A stretch of 32,000 nucleotides of DNA from the NCBI RefSeq assembly GCF_000010065.1, contig NC_006576.1, positions 540,001-572,000 of the forward strand, in the 5' to 3' direction. Both the position numbers and the translations under genes were made by a program. Below, in pieces: positions 1 through 8,529 of the stretch. This stretch comes from Synechococcus elongatus PCC 6301. GTDB taxonomy: Bacteria > Cyanobacteriota > Cyanobacteriia > Synechococcales > Synechococcaceae. A model generated the notes under the pieces. It did no database searches and had not been told where the DNA came from. It saw nothing but the letters and a program-made list of their open reading frames with translations. Every line of letters starts with the position of its first letter. Position 1 is the stretch's first letter.

Positions 1-30
1 CAGATCCGGCCAACGCAGTGCGTCGAGTAA

Positions 31-1326
31 TTAGAGGGTCAGGCTTTCGGGGCGGTTTTCAATCAGGTCGGCCAAGTCCTTGAGGAAGGCAGCCGCATGA
101 GCGCCGTAGATGTGGCGGTGATCACAGGTGAGGTTAACTTGCATCTGCCGCTTGACGCCAAACAGACCGTCAGCCGTGGCCACGAGGGTCGGTTTGGAAG
201 CCCCAATCGCCAGAATCGCACCGGTGCCCGGCGGCAGAATCGCATCGAAGCGATCGACACCAAACATCCCTAGATTGGAGAGGGTAAAGGTGCCGGTGGT
301 GTATTCCTCGGGTTTGAGTTGCTTGGTGCGCGATCGCGCCACGAGATCCTTCCAGTTGCGAGCCAAGCTATAGAGATCGGTTTGATCAGCACGACCCAGT
401 ACGGGGGTCAGCAGACCGCCATCATCCATAGCCACCGCGATCGCCACGTTGATGGCTTCGTTGTACTGGACGCCAGTTTCTGTCACCCGAGCATTGAGCA
501 AGGGATGCTTGGCGAGGGTTGCAGCGACGGCTTTGGCCAGCAAAACCGTGATTGTCACGCCTTTGGGCTTGAGCTGCTTGGCCAAACTATCGATCGCATC
601 GGTGGTGATCGTGTAACCGACGCGGTAGACCGGCACGTTGAGGCTCGCTTCCATGTTGCGAACCACGGCCTGCTGGAAGGTGCTGTAGGGCACGAACTGA
701 CCCGGCGCGATCGCGGGAGTTGGCGCGGGGGCAGCAGGAGCCGTAGCAACGGGAGCAGCAACCGGTGCGGTGACAACGGCAGGAGCCACAGGGGTAGCGA
801 TCGCGGGTTTGGCAGTAACTCCTGCGGCGGCTTCGACATCGGCTGCCACAATTCGACCGTGGGGACCACTGCCGGTAAGGCTACCGAGGTCAACGCCCAA
901 GCTCTTGGCGAGTTTTTTGGCACGCGGGGAGGCAACCAAGCGATCGCTGCGGGTTGCTGTAGGAGCAGCGACAGGTTCAGGGCTCACAGCGACGGGTTCG
1001 GGTGCCGCCGTAGCAGCAGGGGTTGCAGGGGTCGCTGCAGCGGAACCAGCACCGGCTGCCTGTTGCTTCGCAACTTCAATTTCGGCTTCAGTTTCTGCAA
1101 TCAGAGCGATCGCTTCGCCCACGGGAGCATTGCCGCCTGCCGGCACAATAATCGTCGCGAGGTAGCCTTCATAGAAAGATTCCACGTCCATGTCGGCTTT
1201 GTCCGACTCGACGATCAGGACTGTTTCACCTTTCTCGACACGATCGCCCGGAGCCTTCACCCACTCGACGATCTTGCCCTCGGTCATAGTGGAGCTGAGG
1301 GCGGGCATGAAGACTTCGTGGATCAT
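31..1326 (-). CDS. pdhC: Dihydrolipoamide acetyltransferase, E2 component of pyruvate dehydrogenase complex
   Basis: N-terminal lipoyl domain (ESDKADMDVESF), Ala/Pro-rich linker, peripheral subunit-binding domain (VASPRAKKLAKSLGVDL), C-terminal catalytic domain ending with LTCDHRHIYGAHAAAFLKDL. Confidence 0.93.
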   Translation of the reverse strand: MIHEVFMPALSSTMTEGKIVEWVKAPGDRVEKGETVLIVESDKADMDVESFYEGYLATIIVPAGGNAPVGEAIALIAETEAEIEVAKQQAAGAGSAAATPATPAATAAPEPVAVSPEPVAAPTATRSDRLVASPRAKKLAKSLGVDLGSLTGSGPHGRIVAADVEAAAGVTAKPAIATPVAPAVVTAPVAAPVATAPAAPAPTPAIAPGQFVPYSTFQQAVVRNMEASLNVPVYRVGYTITTDAIDSLAKQLKPKGVTITVLLAKAVAATLAKHPLLNARVTETGVQYNEAINVAIAVAMDDGGLLTPVLGRADQTDLYSLARNWKDLVARSRTKQLKPEEYTTGTFTLSNLGMFGVDRFDAILPPGTGAILAIGASKPTLVATADGLFGVKRQMQVNLTCDHRHIYGAHAAAFLKDLADLIENRPESLTL

Positions 1327-1521
1327 GAGCGAGTTCCGAAGGGGTAGCGCAGCAAACGTCCGCCAACCGGCGGTTCAATCAACAGCCGATCTTATCGCGA
1401 GCCGTGGTCCGGACTAGTGGCGATCGCTGCAGATTTTCGCGAAGGGCAATCGCGCTAGGTACCAACCCAAAGGAAGAGGGTATAGGGCAGTAGGAGGCTC
1501 CTGTCGCCAGATTAAGGTCAG

Positions 1522-2082
1522 TTAGTGAAAGCGGACGGTGGCTCGCGGACGGAAGGGGGTTTGCAGTGAGGTGCAGGCATCGATAAAGGCAGCCAAAATG
1601 GTCACCAGCAAAATGAATTCGCGATCGCTGGTGCCAATCGCCACATTGTGCTCATCGAAGACTTGCTCCAGCGGTAGCCAGAGCGGATTTCGGCGAGCAG
1701 CTTGATAGGACTTGGCGAGGCGCTTTTGGTGGCGGGCTTCGCTCAGGTTGGTGTCACTGGCACTGTGGGCAAAGTCATTGCGAACGGCCCGAATGCCATG
1801 CAGGGCTTTCTCGACTGTGGGATCCAGTAAGCCGAGCCGAGCTGCGAGAGTAATCTTGGCGGCAAAGCTGCCCAGGGAGCGATCGGGGGTGAAGAGAACG
1901 TCTTCTTCATCGCCAAGGGGAGCCATGACGGATTGCAACAGGCGTTCGAGGGCCAGATCTAAACGGGCAGCACCAACAAGGACGACACCGCGGCCCCGTT
2001 CGGCCATCATTTGCAAGACCAGAGCTTGTGCGGCGGTCGCCACTTGTGTGGGGTCAAAGTTGGGTGTCATGGGCGATCGCAA
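1522..2082 (-). CDS. MltR (mannitol operon repressor)-like / possible HEPN-type small protein
   Basis: 186 aa ORF; GRGVVLVGAARLDLALERLL...SLGSFAAKITLAARLGLLD...IRAVRNDFAHS resembles the MltR family; contains RNDFAH (RNxxxH). Confidence 0.6.
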   Translation of the reverse strand: MRSPMTPNFDPTQVATAAQALVLQMMAERGRGVVLVGAARLDLALERLLQSVMAPLGDEEDVLFTPDRSLGSFAAKITLAARLGLLDPTVEKALHGIRAVRNDFAHSASDTNLSEARHQKRLAKSYQAARRNPLWLPLEQVFDEHNVAIGTSDREFILLVTILAAFIDACTSLQTPFRPRATVRFH

Positions 2083-2195
2083 TACTGAGGGTTGTTGGGA
2101 TCACTGGTTGGAATCACTGCAGCCGCAGGGAGAGATCGGAAAAGGGGCGAACAGCCGGTTTTGTGGGGATGATTGCGCACCCCCACGCCCACGCA

Positions 2196-2217
2196 CTGGG
2201 GGACTCGACTCCCCCAG
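2196..2217. other. GC-rich hairpin CTGGGGGA-ctcgac-TCCCCCAG
   Basis: Perfect 8-bp inverted repeat with 6-nt loop between hsdR and the MltR-like gene; no clear T-run. Confidence 0.5.
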
Positions 2218-2319
2218 CCCCCCGCAACAAGAAAGATTTCGGATAAGACTGATCGGCTGAATTGCGATCGCTGCGGGTAAAACAAGCTGGTGATGACCTT
2301 TGGTGCGAGGCGCATGGGG

Positions 2320-5300
2320 CTAGGCGGCTTGCGATCGCAGTTCTTCGTAGAGGCCGGTTTGGTTGAGCAGGATGTTTTTGATGCCGTCCTGTACCTGCTT
2401 AGAGTTGAGGGCTTGGCTACTCATGGATTGGTGAGCGTCGAGGGCGCTGATGATCGCTTCGAGCAGTTCTTGGGCAAAGTCGGGGGAGCTCGCAAATTGC
2501 TCTTTACTGTTGGCGATCGCTTGCTGACGCAGGGTGGGGGATTCGAGGAGTTTGCTGCGGAGGACAACGCTGACGTAGTTGACCTTGTCCGCGTCGGTGA
2601 GATCGCCTGTGAATAGTTCGTTCAGTTTGACGATCAGGGCTGAGAGCCAGACTTTCTCTTGGTCTTGGACAACACCTTTGCCGGGTTGGAGGCCGGGGAC
2701 GGGGATGGCTTCGCCCTGTTGGAGATCGAGGCGGCGATCGCCTTGGTGGCGGACTTGGTAGTGAGTCAGGACAACTTTGGAGAGGTCGATGCTGCCGACT
2801 TCGCGCTCAAATTCCAGCAACGGGATCAGGCGACGGAAGACGATCGCGCGTTTTTCGTAAGCGGTGTTGCCGTAGTCGAAGATTTGCGAGAGGAAGGTGT
2901 AAAGACGGACGTAGGTGCCTAGGTCGCTGCGGAACAGGGTGAGGGCGGCGAGTTCGTCTTGGGCGGTTTTGAGGGCGGCAGGGTCGTTTTGGGCTTCGGC
3001 GGTGCGGGCGGCTTGGCGAGCGTTGCGGTATTGATACAGCAAGCGTTCGGCGATCGGTTCTAGGGCTTTTTGCAGATCACTTTGTTTGGCGTTGGGGTTG
3101 AGGACAACTTTGACAACGCGATCGATTTCGTATGCGTCGTAATGCTTCTGAGCATCGAGCTTGAGCCGCAGATCCAAGATCAGGTTGGGATCGGTGGCGC
3201 TGGCGAGTTCAGCGGTGGTGTAGTAGGTCTTGAAGGCGGCCAGAATCTCAGCGGGATCGTTGCTGAAATCGACAATATAAGTGGTGTCTTTGCCGGGATG
3301 GCAGCGGTTGAGGCGCGATAGAGTTTGCACGGCTTGGATGCCCGCAAGACGCCGATCGATGTACATGCCACAGAGCAAGGGTTGGTCGAAGCCGGTTTGG
3401 AATTTGTTGGCGACGATCAGGATTTGGTAGCGATCGCTTTTGAAGGTTTCGCGGATGTCGCCTTGTAAGTTGGGGTTGAGGTTGGGGCTGGTTTCAGTGA
3501 ACGGGTCGGGGCCAGAATCGCGATCGCGGACTTCGCCACTAAAGGCAACAAGGGTGCCGAGACGGTACTGTTTTGCTGCAATGTAGCGATCGATCGCTAG
3601 TTTCCAGCGCACGGCTTCTTTGCGGGAACCGACCACGACCATCGCTTTGGCTTTGCCATTCAGCAGTGGCGCGACGTATTGCTGAAAATGCTCAACCACG
3701 ATCGCGACTTTCTGGGCGATGTTGTGGGGATGCAGCTTGACCCAGCCCATCAGCTTTTTGAGGGCAGCGTTGCGCTCCACTTCTTGATCGCTAAACTGCT
3801 GGCCTGCTTGGGCAAGGCGGAAGGCGACTTTGTAGCTGGTGTAGTTTTGCAGAACATCGAGGATGAAGCCTTCCTCGATCGCTTGCCGCATTGAATAGAC
3901 GTGGAAGGGCATGGGCAGATTATCAGGGCCAGCCGGTCGGTTGGGATCGGGACGTCTGCCGAATAATTCCAGCGTTTTGGCTTTGGGTGTGGCGGTAAAA
4001 GCAACGTAGGTGATGCCGCTTTCGCGGGCACGATCGCTCATTTGGGCCGCAAGGACGGCTTCGAGATCCACTTCGCCGCCGTCGTTGAGATCGGCGAGTT
4101 CGGCAGGAGAAAGCAGTTGTTTGAGTTTGCTGGCGGCTTCGCCGGTTTGAGAACTGTGGGCTTCGTCGGCAATGACAGCAAAGCGTTTACCTTCGGTGGC
4201 GGCCAGTTCGCGTACGGCTTGCAGAGCGAAGGGAAAGGTCTGAATCGTGCAGACAACAATTTTCTTATCGCCCTTGAGGGCTTCGGCAAGTTTGCTGCTT
4301 TTGCTGCCGTCGTCGCGGGTGATGGCAGCAACCACGCCTTTGTGCCGCTCGAAACTTTCGATCGCTTCTTGCAGTTGCGTATCAATGACGTTGCGATCGC
4401 TAACAACGATCACGGAATCGAAGACTTTGCGGTTATCGGCGTCGTGGAGTTCACTAAAGAAATGCGCTGTCCAAGCGATCGAATTGGTTTTGCCAGAACC
4501 GGCGGAATGCTGCACTAAATACTTGTGGCCAGCCCCTTCTTGCAGGACCGCCTCTTGCAGTCGCCGCGTCACGATCAGTTGGTGATAGCGCGGGAAGAGC
4601 AGGCGGGTGATTTGCTGTTTCTTGTTGCGCTCGGTGATGCAATAGCGCCCCAGAATTTCCAGCCAGCTATCGCGTTGCCACACCTCTTGCCAGAGATAAG
4701 CGGTGCGGTGACCACTAGCAGAGCTGACAGGATTCCCCGCGCCACAATCGGGCGCACCTGGATCACTGCCTTGGTTAAAGGGTAGGAAAACAGTAGCAAA
4801 GCCCGCCAGCTTGGTGGTCATTTGCACTTCGCGATTACTGACGGCGAAATGCACGATCGCGCCACTCGGGAAACTCAGCAACGGTTCTGGCGATTGTCCG
4901 GCGGGTTTGGGGTTGCGATCTTGTTTGTATTGATAAACGGCGTCGGCGATGTTTTGGGTGTTATCGGTTTTGAGTTCGACGGTGGCGACGGGAATGCCAT
5001 TCAGGAACAGAACGAGATCAATACAGTTTTGATTGTGGAGGGAATAGCGCACTTGCCGAATGACGCGCAGCCGATTGGCTTCGTAGCGATCGCGAATTTC
5101 GGCATTAGTAGCAAAGGCGGGTTTGAATTGCGCCAGCTTCAGCGATCGCGGCAGTCCGAGGACTTCGAGGCCATAGCGCAACAGATCGAGGGTGCCGACT
5201 TGATCGAGTTGTTGCCGGACTCGTTGCAACAGAATCGCTTCGGCTTGAGTGCCTTGTTTTTGTTGCAGAGTTTCCCAAGCTTCCGGTTGGGTTTGTTGGA

Positions 5301-5439
5301 GCCAAGCAAACAGATCGGGTGGATAAAGCGCTAAAGCGCGATCGTAGTCAGCGGCTGCGCCTTCCTCATAAATCCAGCCTTGCTGGGCGAGGTCTTGGCA
5401 AATTTCTGCTTCAAAAGCACTTTCTAAATGCACAGTCAT
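2320..5439 (-). CDS. hsdR: Type I restriction enzyme R subunit
   Basis: 1039 aa; nuclease-domain VELKTDN, Walker A HSAGSGKTNSIAW, DEAHSSQ box, helicase C-terminal region (MVVVGSRKEAVRW...LIVANKFQTGFDQP); ATGA overlap with hsdS stop. Confidence 0.93.
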   Translation of the reverse strand: MTVHLESAFEAEICQDLAQQGWIYEEGAAADYDRALALYPPDLFAWLQQTQPEAWETLQQKQGTQAEAILLQRVRQQLDQVGTLDLLRYGLEVLGLPRSLKLAQFKPAFATNAEIRDRYEANRLRVIRQVRYSLHNQNCIDLVLFLNGIPVATVELKTDNTQNIADAVYQYKQDRNPKPAGQSPEPLLSFPSGAIVHFAVSNREVQMTTKLAGFATVFLPFNQGSDPGAPDCGAGNPVSSASGHRTAYLWQEVWQRDSWLEILGRYCITERNKKQQITRLLFPRYHQLIVTRRLQEAVLQEGAGHKYLVQHSAGSGKTNSIAWTAHFFSELHDADNRKVFDSVIVVSDRNVIDTQLQEAIESFERHKGVVAAITRDDGSKSSKLAEALKGDKKIVVCTIQTFPFALQAVRELAATEGKRFAVIADEAHSSQTGEAASKLKQLLSPAELADLNDGGEVDLEAVLAAQMSDRARESGITYVAFTATPKAKTLELFGRRPDPNRPAGPDNLPMPFHVYSMRQAIEEGFILDVLQNYTSYKVAFRLAQAGQQFSDQEVERNAALKKLMGWVKLHPHNIAQKVAIVVEHFQQYVAPLLNGKAKAMVVVGSRKEAVRWKLAIDRYIAAKQYRLGTLVAFSGEVRDRDSGPDPFTETSPNLNPNLQGDIRETFKSDRYQILIVANKFQTGFDQPLLCGMYIDRRLAGIQAVQTLSRLNRCHPGKDTTYIVDFSNDPAEILAAFKTYYTTAELASATDPNLILDLRLKLDAQKHYDAYEIDRVVKVVLNPNAKQSDLQKALEPIAERLLYQYRNARQAARTAEAQNDPAALKTAQDELAALTLFRSDLGTYVRLYTFLSQIFDYGNTAYEKRAIVFRRLIPLLEFEREVGSIDLSKVVLTHYQVRHQGDRRLDLQQGEAIPVPGLQPGKGVVQDQEKVWLSALIVKLNELFTGDLTDADKVNYVSVVLRSKLLESPTLRQQAIANSKEQFASSPDFAQELLEAIISALDAHQSMSSQALNSKQVQDGIKNILLNQTGLYEELRSQAA

Positions 5440-6797
5440 GCGGCCACCTCCGCCAAGCCCCGCACGTCAATTTGTCCGGTCACTGCCGCCGAAATTAATG
5501 CCGATCGCCGCTCTTGCAAAAGAGAAAGAGACTTTGTTGATTCATTCTCAAGTGATGTGATCTCTTCTAGTTGAGAATGAATGTGTTTGACAATTAGAAT
5601 CTGTTCATCTAGTGGAGGCAAAGCAAAAACTGTATCTCGCACAAGCTCTTGGCTAATATTGCCGGCTTTACGAGCACTAACAGCTCGCTCCATCCAAAAA
5701 GGTCTAAGGAACTGAATATATCTAAATGTAAACATTGGAACGGCATAATATGAGGGTAAAAGAGCACATAGCGCTTGATTTATAGCAGCAGGGAAAGTAA
5801 GAATTCCATTTTTTCCTACGGTTCCACCTCCGCCATACAAAGCAACTAGAACAGTATCCACTGGCAAGATTTCACAAGCAGTATCTTGAATAGCTTGATT
5901 TGTGATAGATACTTCAGCAGATCTTACTTCTTGATTTTCGATATCTGTTGTTCTTACCCAAGGAATACCTGAGTCAGAGTCAGCATAATAAAGAGCTTGC
6001 TCTTCAGTATTAGGTGTCCCGCCACTAGAAGTTTTGAAGTAATGCTTAATCTTTCCTGTTTTCCAATGGGCGGGGACTTGGCCGAGCCACTCAATGCCCG
6101 AATCTTTCAGCGGCGCATCGGGGTTGAGTCCTTTGGTGACTGCGTGGGAAATGACCGCTTGGCGTTTTTCTTGCAGCAGCGCAATCAGACGTTGTTGTTC
6201 TGCGATCAGTGCATCAATTTTTGCCGTTTCGCGATCGAGAAAAGATGCGATCGCTATTTGTTCTTCATCACTAGGTACTGGGAGAATAAATGACAAAAAA
6301 TTATCTTGACTAAGGTTTTGCATACTGGAAGAGGTTCCAGAGCAAACCATTTTTACCTGATCTCTATAAATTTGTGTCTGTGTCCAATAGTAAGCAAAGT
6401 TTGGATAGACATTGCTAATTCTTACTTGCCATAAGCGATCAGGCAGAAAAACACAGTCATAATCAACCAAGCTTAAACCAGCAGCACCTACTAAATCAGG
6501 TGTATTCATCCTGCTAACAATAAGTCTTCCAGATTTAACAGGACAAGCAGCTCGGTCAATATCTTCTTGAATAATTTCTTTCCTTTCCTCTGGACGGAAA
6601 GAACCTGTGTAGACACAGCTAGTTTTAAGTACAGATGGAATTCCTTCGTCTGGAGCATGATCAAGAGCATTAACACTGACTCCAGACTCTATTTCTGGTA
6701 TTAGTCGCCGTAGTTGTAATACATTCCAGTGAGAAGGAAGTTTTTCAAGCCATTCAATACCGCAATCTTTGTAAGCCGGATATCGAGGAAAACTCAT
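5436..6797 (-). CDS. hsdS: Type I restriction-modification specificity subunit S
   Basis: Two target recognition domains, conserved regions FLDRETAKIDALIAEQQRLIALLQEKRQAVISHAVTKGL and HWKTGKIKHYFKTSSGGTPNT. Track ORF starts at 6827; Met11 at 6797 (MSFPRYPAYKDCGIEWL) preferred. Confidence 0.9.
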   Translation of the reverse strand: MSFPRYPAYKDCGIEWLEKLPSHWNVLQLRRLIPEIESGVSVNALDHAPDEGIPSVLKTSCVYTGSFRPEERKEIIQEDIDRAACPVKSGRLIVSRMNTPDLVGAAGLSLVDYDCVFLPDRLWQVRISNVYPNFAYYWTQTQIYRDQVKMVCSGTSSSMQNLSQDNFLSFILPVPSDEEQIAIASFLDRETAKIDALIAEQQRLIALLQEKRQAVISHAVTKGLNPDAPLKDSGIEWLGQVPAHWKTGKIKHYFKTSSGGTPNTEEQALYYADSDSGIPWVRTTDIENQEVRSAEVSITNQAIQDTACEILPVDTVLVALYGGGGTVGKNGILTFPAAINQALCALLPSYYAVPMFTFRYIQFLRPFWMERAVSARKAGNISQELVRDTVFALPPLDEQILIVKHIHSQLEEITSLENESTKSLSLLQERRSALISAAVTGQIDVRGLAEVAA

Positions 6798-6921
6798 TCC
6801 AAACTGTCTCCAGCCCAACGCCGTCAATCACAACCACCTCTCTCTGCACACTACAGATTGAAGTCTTGTCCTAGCTTAGCCCTCGCATCCCCGCAGCACC
6901 AAAACCCACAGCGCGATCGGC

Positions 6922-7029
6922 CTACTTCCCAGCCGCACCAAACAACATTCCCAGCAACTTCCGGCGGCGCTTCCGTCGTTGTCCCTGTTCCGTACTAGAT
7001 TGCGGCGGATCCAGCTTCGTCTGGCTCAT
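6922..7029 (-). CDS. Putative 35-aa basic small protein (MSQTKLDPPQSSTEQGQRRKRRRKLLGMLFGAAGK)
   Basis: Below the ORF track length cut-off; translated by hand; GGAGG-like sequence (ggaggggttaggg) just upstream of ATG; lies between the DUF4351-like ORF and hsdS on the same strand. Confidence 0.35.
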   Translation of the reverse strand: MSQTKLDPPQSSTEQGQRRKRRRKLLGMLFGAAGK

Positions 7030-7061
7030 CCCTAACCCCCTCCAAACCGCGATCGGGCCAC

Positions 7062-7310
7062 TTACTGCTGATTCAGCCAATCTTCTAAATCTTGAACATC
7101 GGCAAAATCCAACAACGCCTCACATAGATCTTCTAGTTGCTCAAGAGATAGGGCTTGAACTTGCTCCAGTAACTCTGGTGACAGCACCCCACATCGCTTT
7201 GGTAGCAAACGAAGAACAAAAGCCGTTGCCACCTCTAGCCGGCCTTCTTGAAAACCCTGTGCAAAGCCTTCTTTCCGAGCAATGCGTTCAACGCTGGTGA
7301 TGTAAGGCAT
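7062..7310 (-). CDS. Free-standing DUF4351-like C-terminal module, copy 3
   Basis: MPYITSVERIARKEG...FVLRLLPKRCGVLSPELLEQVQALSLEQLEDLCEALLDFADVQDLEDWLNQQ; close match to the C-terminus of the 7591..8526 protein. Confidence 0.75.
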   Translation of the reverse strand: MPYITSVERIARKEGFAQGFQEGRLEVATAFVLRLLPKRCGVLSPELLEQVQALSLEQLEDLCEALLDFADVQDLEDWLNQQ

Positions 7311-7323
7311 CGGTTACTCCTGC

Positions 7324-7581
7324 CTACAACTGCTGATTGAGCCAGTCCTCTAAATCTTGAATGCCAGAGAAATCCAACAAGTCATCTGCTAGATTCTCCA
7401 TCTGTTCGAGCGATAGGGCTTGTATCTGCGTCAGCAAAGCAGGTGAGAGCGTGCCACAACGTCGGGTAAGCTGCCGGAGAACTAAAGTATCAGCTTGTTC
7501 CCTCCGGCCTTCCTGTCTGCCAATGCGTTCAATGCTGGTGATGTAAGGCATCCGGCGCTCCTGCTCATAAGCCGACAGCAC
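7324..7581 (-). CDS. Free-standing DUF4351-like C-terminal module, copy 2
   Basis: Apparent GTG start at 7581, or ATG at 7551; SAYEQERRMPYITSIERIGRQEG...LVLRQLTRRCGTLSPALLTQIQALSLEQMENLADDLLDFSGIQDLEDWLNQQL. Confidence 0.7.
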   Translation of the reverse strand: MLSAYEQERRMPYITSIERIGRQEGRREQADTLVLRQLTRRCGTLSPALLTQIQALSLEQMENLADDLLDFSGIQDLEDWLNQQL

Positions 7582-7590
7582 TTTCCTCCG

Positions 7591-7803
7591 CTACTGCTGA
7601 CTCAGCCACACCTCCAGATCATCAATCGTTGAGAAATCAAATAATGCTTCTCCCAGTGCTTCCATCTGCTCGATAGACAGCGCTTGTACTTGCGCTAAAA
7701 GACTTGAGGACAGAGTTCCATAGCGCTTCGTCAGTAAACGAAGAACAAAAATCTTCGCTTCCTCCCGCCGGCCAATGCGTTCAATGCTGGTGATGTAAGG
7801 CAT
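7591..7803 (-). CDS. Candidate internal in-frame short product (70 aa) of the Rpn-like gene, starting MPYITSIERIGRREEAKIF
   Basis: Internal ATG at 7801-7803 preceded by AGGAG (7810-7814) with 6-nt spacer; same context precedes the free-standing copies. Confidence 0.35.
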   Translation of the reverse strand: MPYITSIERIGRREEAKIFVLRLLTKRYGTLSSSLLAQVQALSIEQMEALGEALFDFSTIDDLEVWLSQQ

Positions 7804-8526
7804 TCGGCGCTCCTGCTCATAAGCCGACAGCTCACTCCTGAACTCTAGCTCAAGACCTTCGGGAAGGCTCAAGAGCCAGTCAATGAACTTGAAAAGGCCA
7901 ATAATGCGCTCTCGACTCAGGCCCCGCTCATACAAAAGTTTCAACAACTCCAGCTTCCATCGCTTGCGCAGTTGCCGATCTTGCTTCGTCTGAATCGCCC
8001 GTAAATGCGCAGCCACCGCGATCGCAAACGGATTCTCATCCTCCAAGAGTTGATCAAGGCGATCGAGATAATCCAGCAACTTAACGCTGACAAACTCACT
8101 GAGATCACGACTGCCCCAAAGCGCTGTCTCAAAAGCATTGGGTCGCCACGTCGGTGACTCATCCGCCAAAATCGCCACACTCGCGATCGGCACCGCAAAG
8201 CGATCGAAGATGCGATAGCGATAGACATACATCCGCTCCGCAAAGTTCGATTCCCTCGCGCCCTGCACCTCAATGTGTACCAGCACCCACGCTTCTTGAC
8301 CGGCTTTCGTCCAAACCTTAACGAGCTTGTCCGCATAACGTCGGCCAGTCTCCGCCTCGGCTGTAATCTGCTGGAGCTCCTTATCCAGAAACTCATAGCC
8401 GCGATCCCAATCAATGTCGGGATCCGCGATCGGCAAAAAGAAGCGAATGAACTCTGGGAAGAAAGCCTCAATTAACTCCTTCCACGGTGAATCGCTCTCG
8501 GTAAGGGGCAGCGCAGAATCGGTCAT
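7591..8526 (-). CDS. Rpn/PD-(D/E)XK-like nuclease (transposase-like family) with C-terminal DUF4351-like module
   Basis: 311 aa; N-terminal FPEFIRFFLPIADPDIDW..., LVHIEVQG nuclease-like strand, MYVYRYRIFDRF; C-terminal module LLTKRYGTLSSSLLAQVQALSIEQMEALGEALFDFSTIDDLEVWL. Confidence 0.8.
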   Translation of the reverse strand: MTDSALPLTESDSPWKELIEAFFPEFIRFFLPIADPDIDWDRGYEFLDKELQQITAEAETGRRYADKLVKVWTKAGQEAWVLVHIEVQGARESNFAERMYVYRYRIFDRFAVPIASVAILADESPTWRPNAFETALWGSRDLSEFVSVKLLDYLDRLDQLLEDENPFAIAVAAHLRAIQTKQDRQLRKRWKLELLKLLYERGLSRERIIGLFKFIDWLLSLPEGLELEFRSELSAYEQERRMPYITSIERIGRREEAKIFVLRLLTKRYGTLSSSLLAQVQALSIEQMEALGEALFDFSTIDDLEVWLSQQ

Positions 8527-8529
8527 GCT

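Noticed and set aside
319-1347. 342-aa plus-strand ORF
   Set aside because: Fully antisense to the clearly real pdhC E2 gene; low-complexity Gly/Arg/Ser-rich content typical of mirror ORFs in GC-rich genes.
4042-4518. 158-aa plus-strand ORF inside hsdR
   Set aside because: Antisense to the conserved helicase region; no recognisable motif.
7529-7830. Repeats in the Rpn region as a CRISPR array or insertion-sequence ends
   Set aside because: The repeats are in-frame coding modules of ~240-270 nt spacing with only three copies, so tandem gene-segment duplication explains them better.
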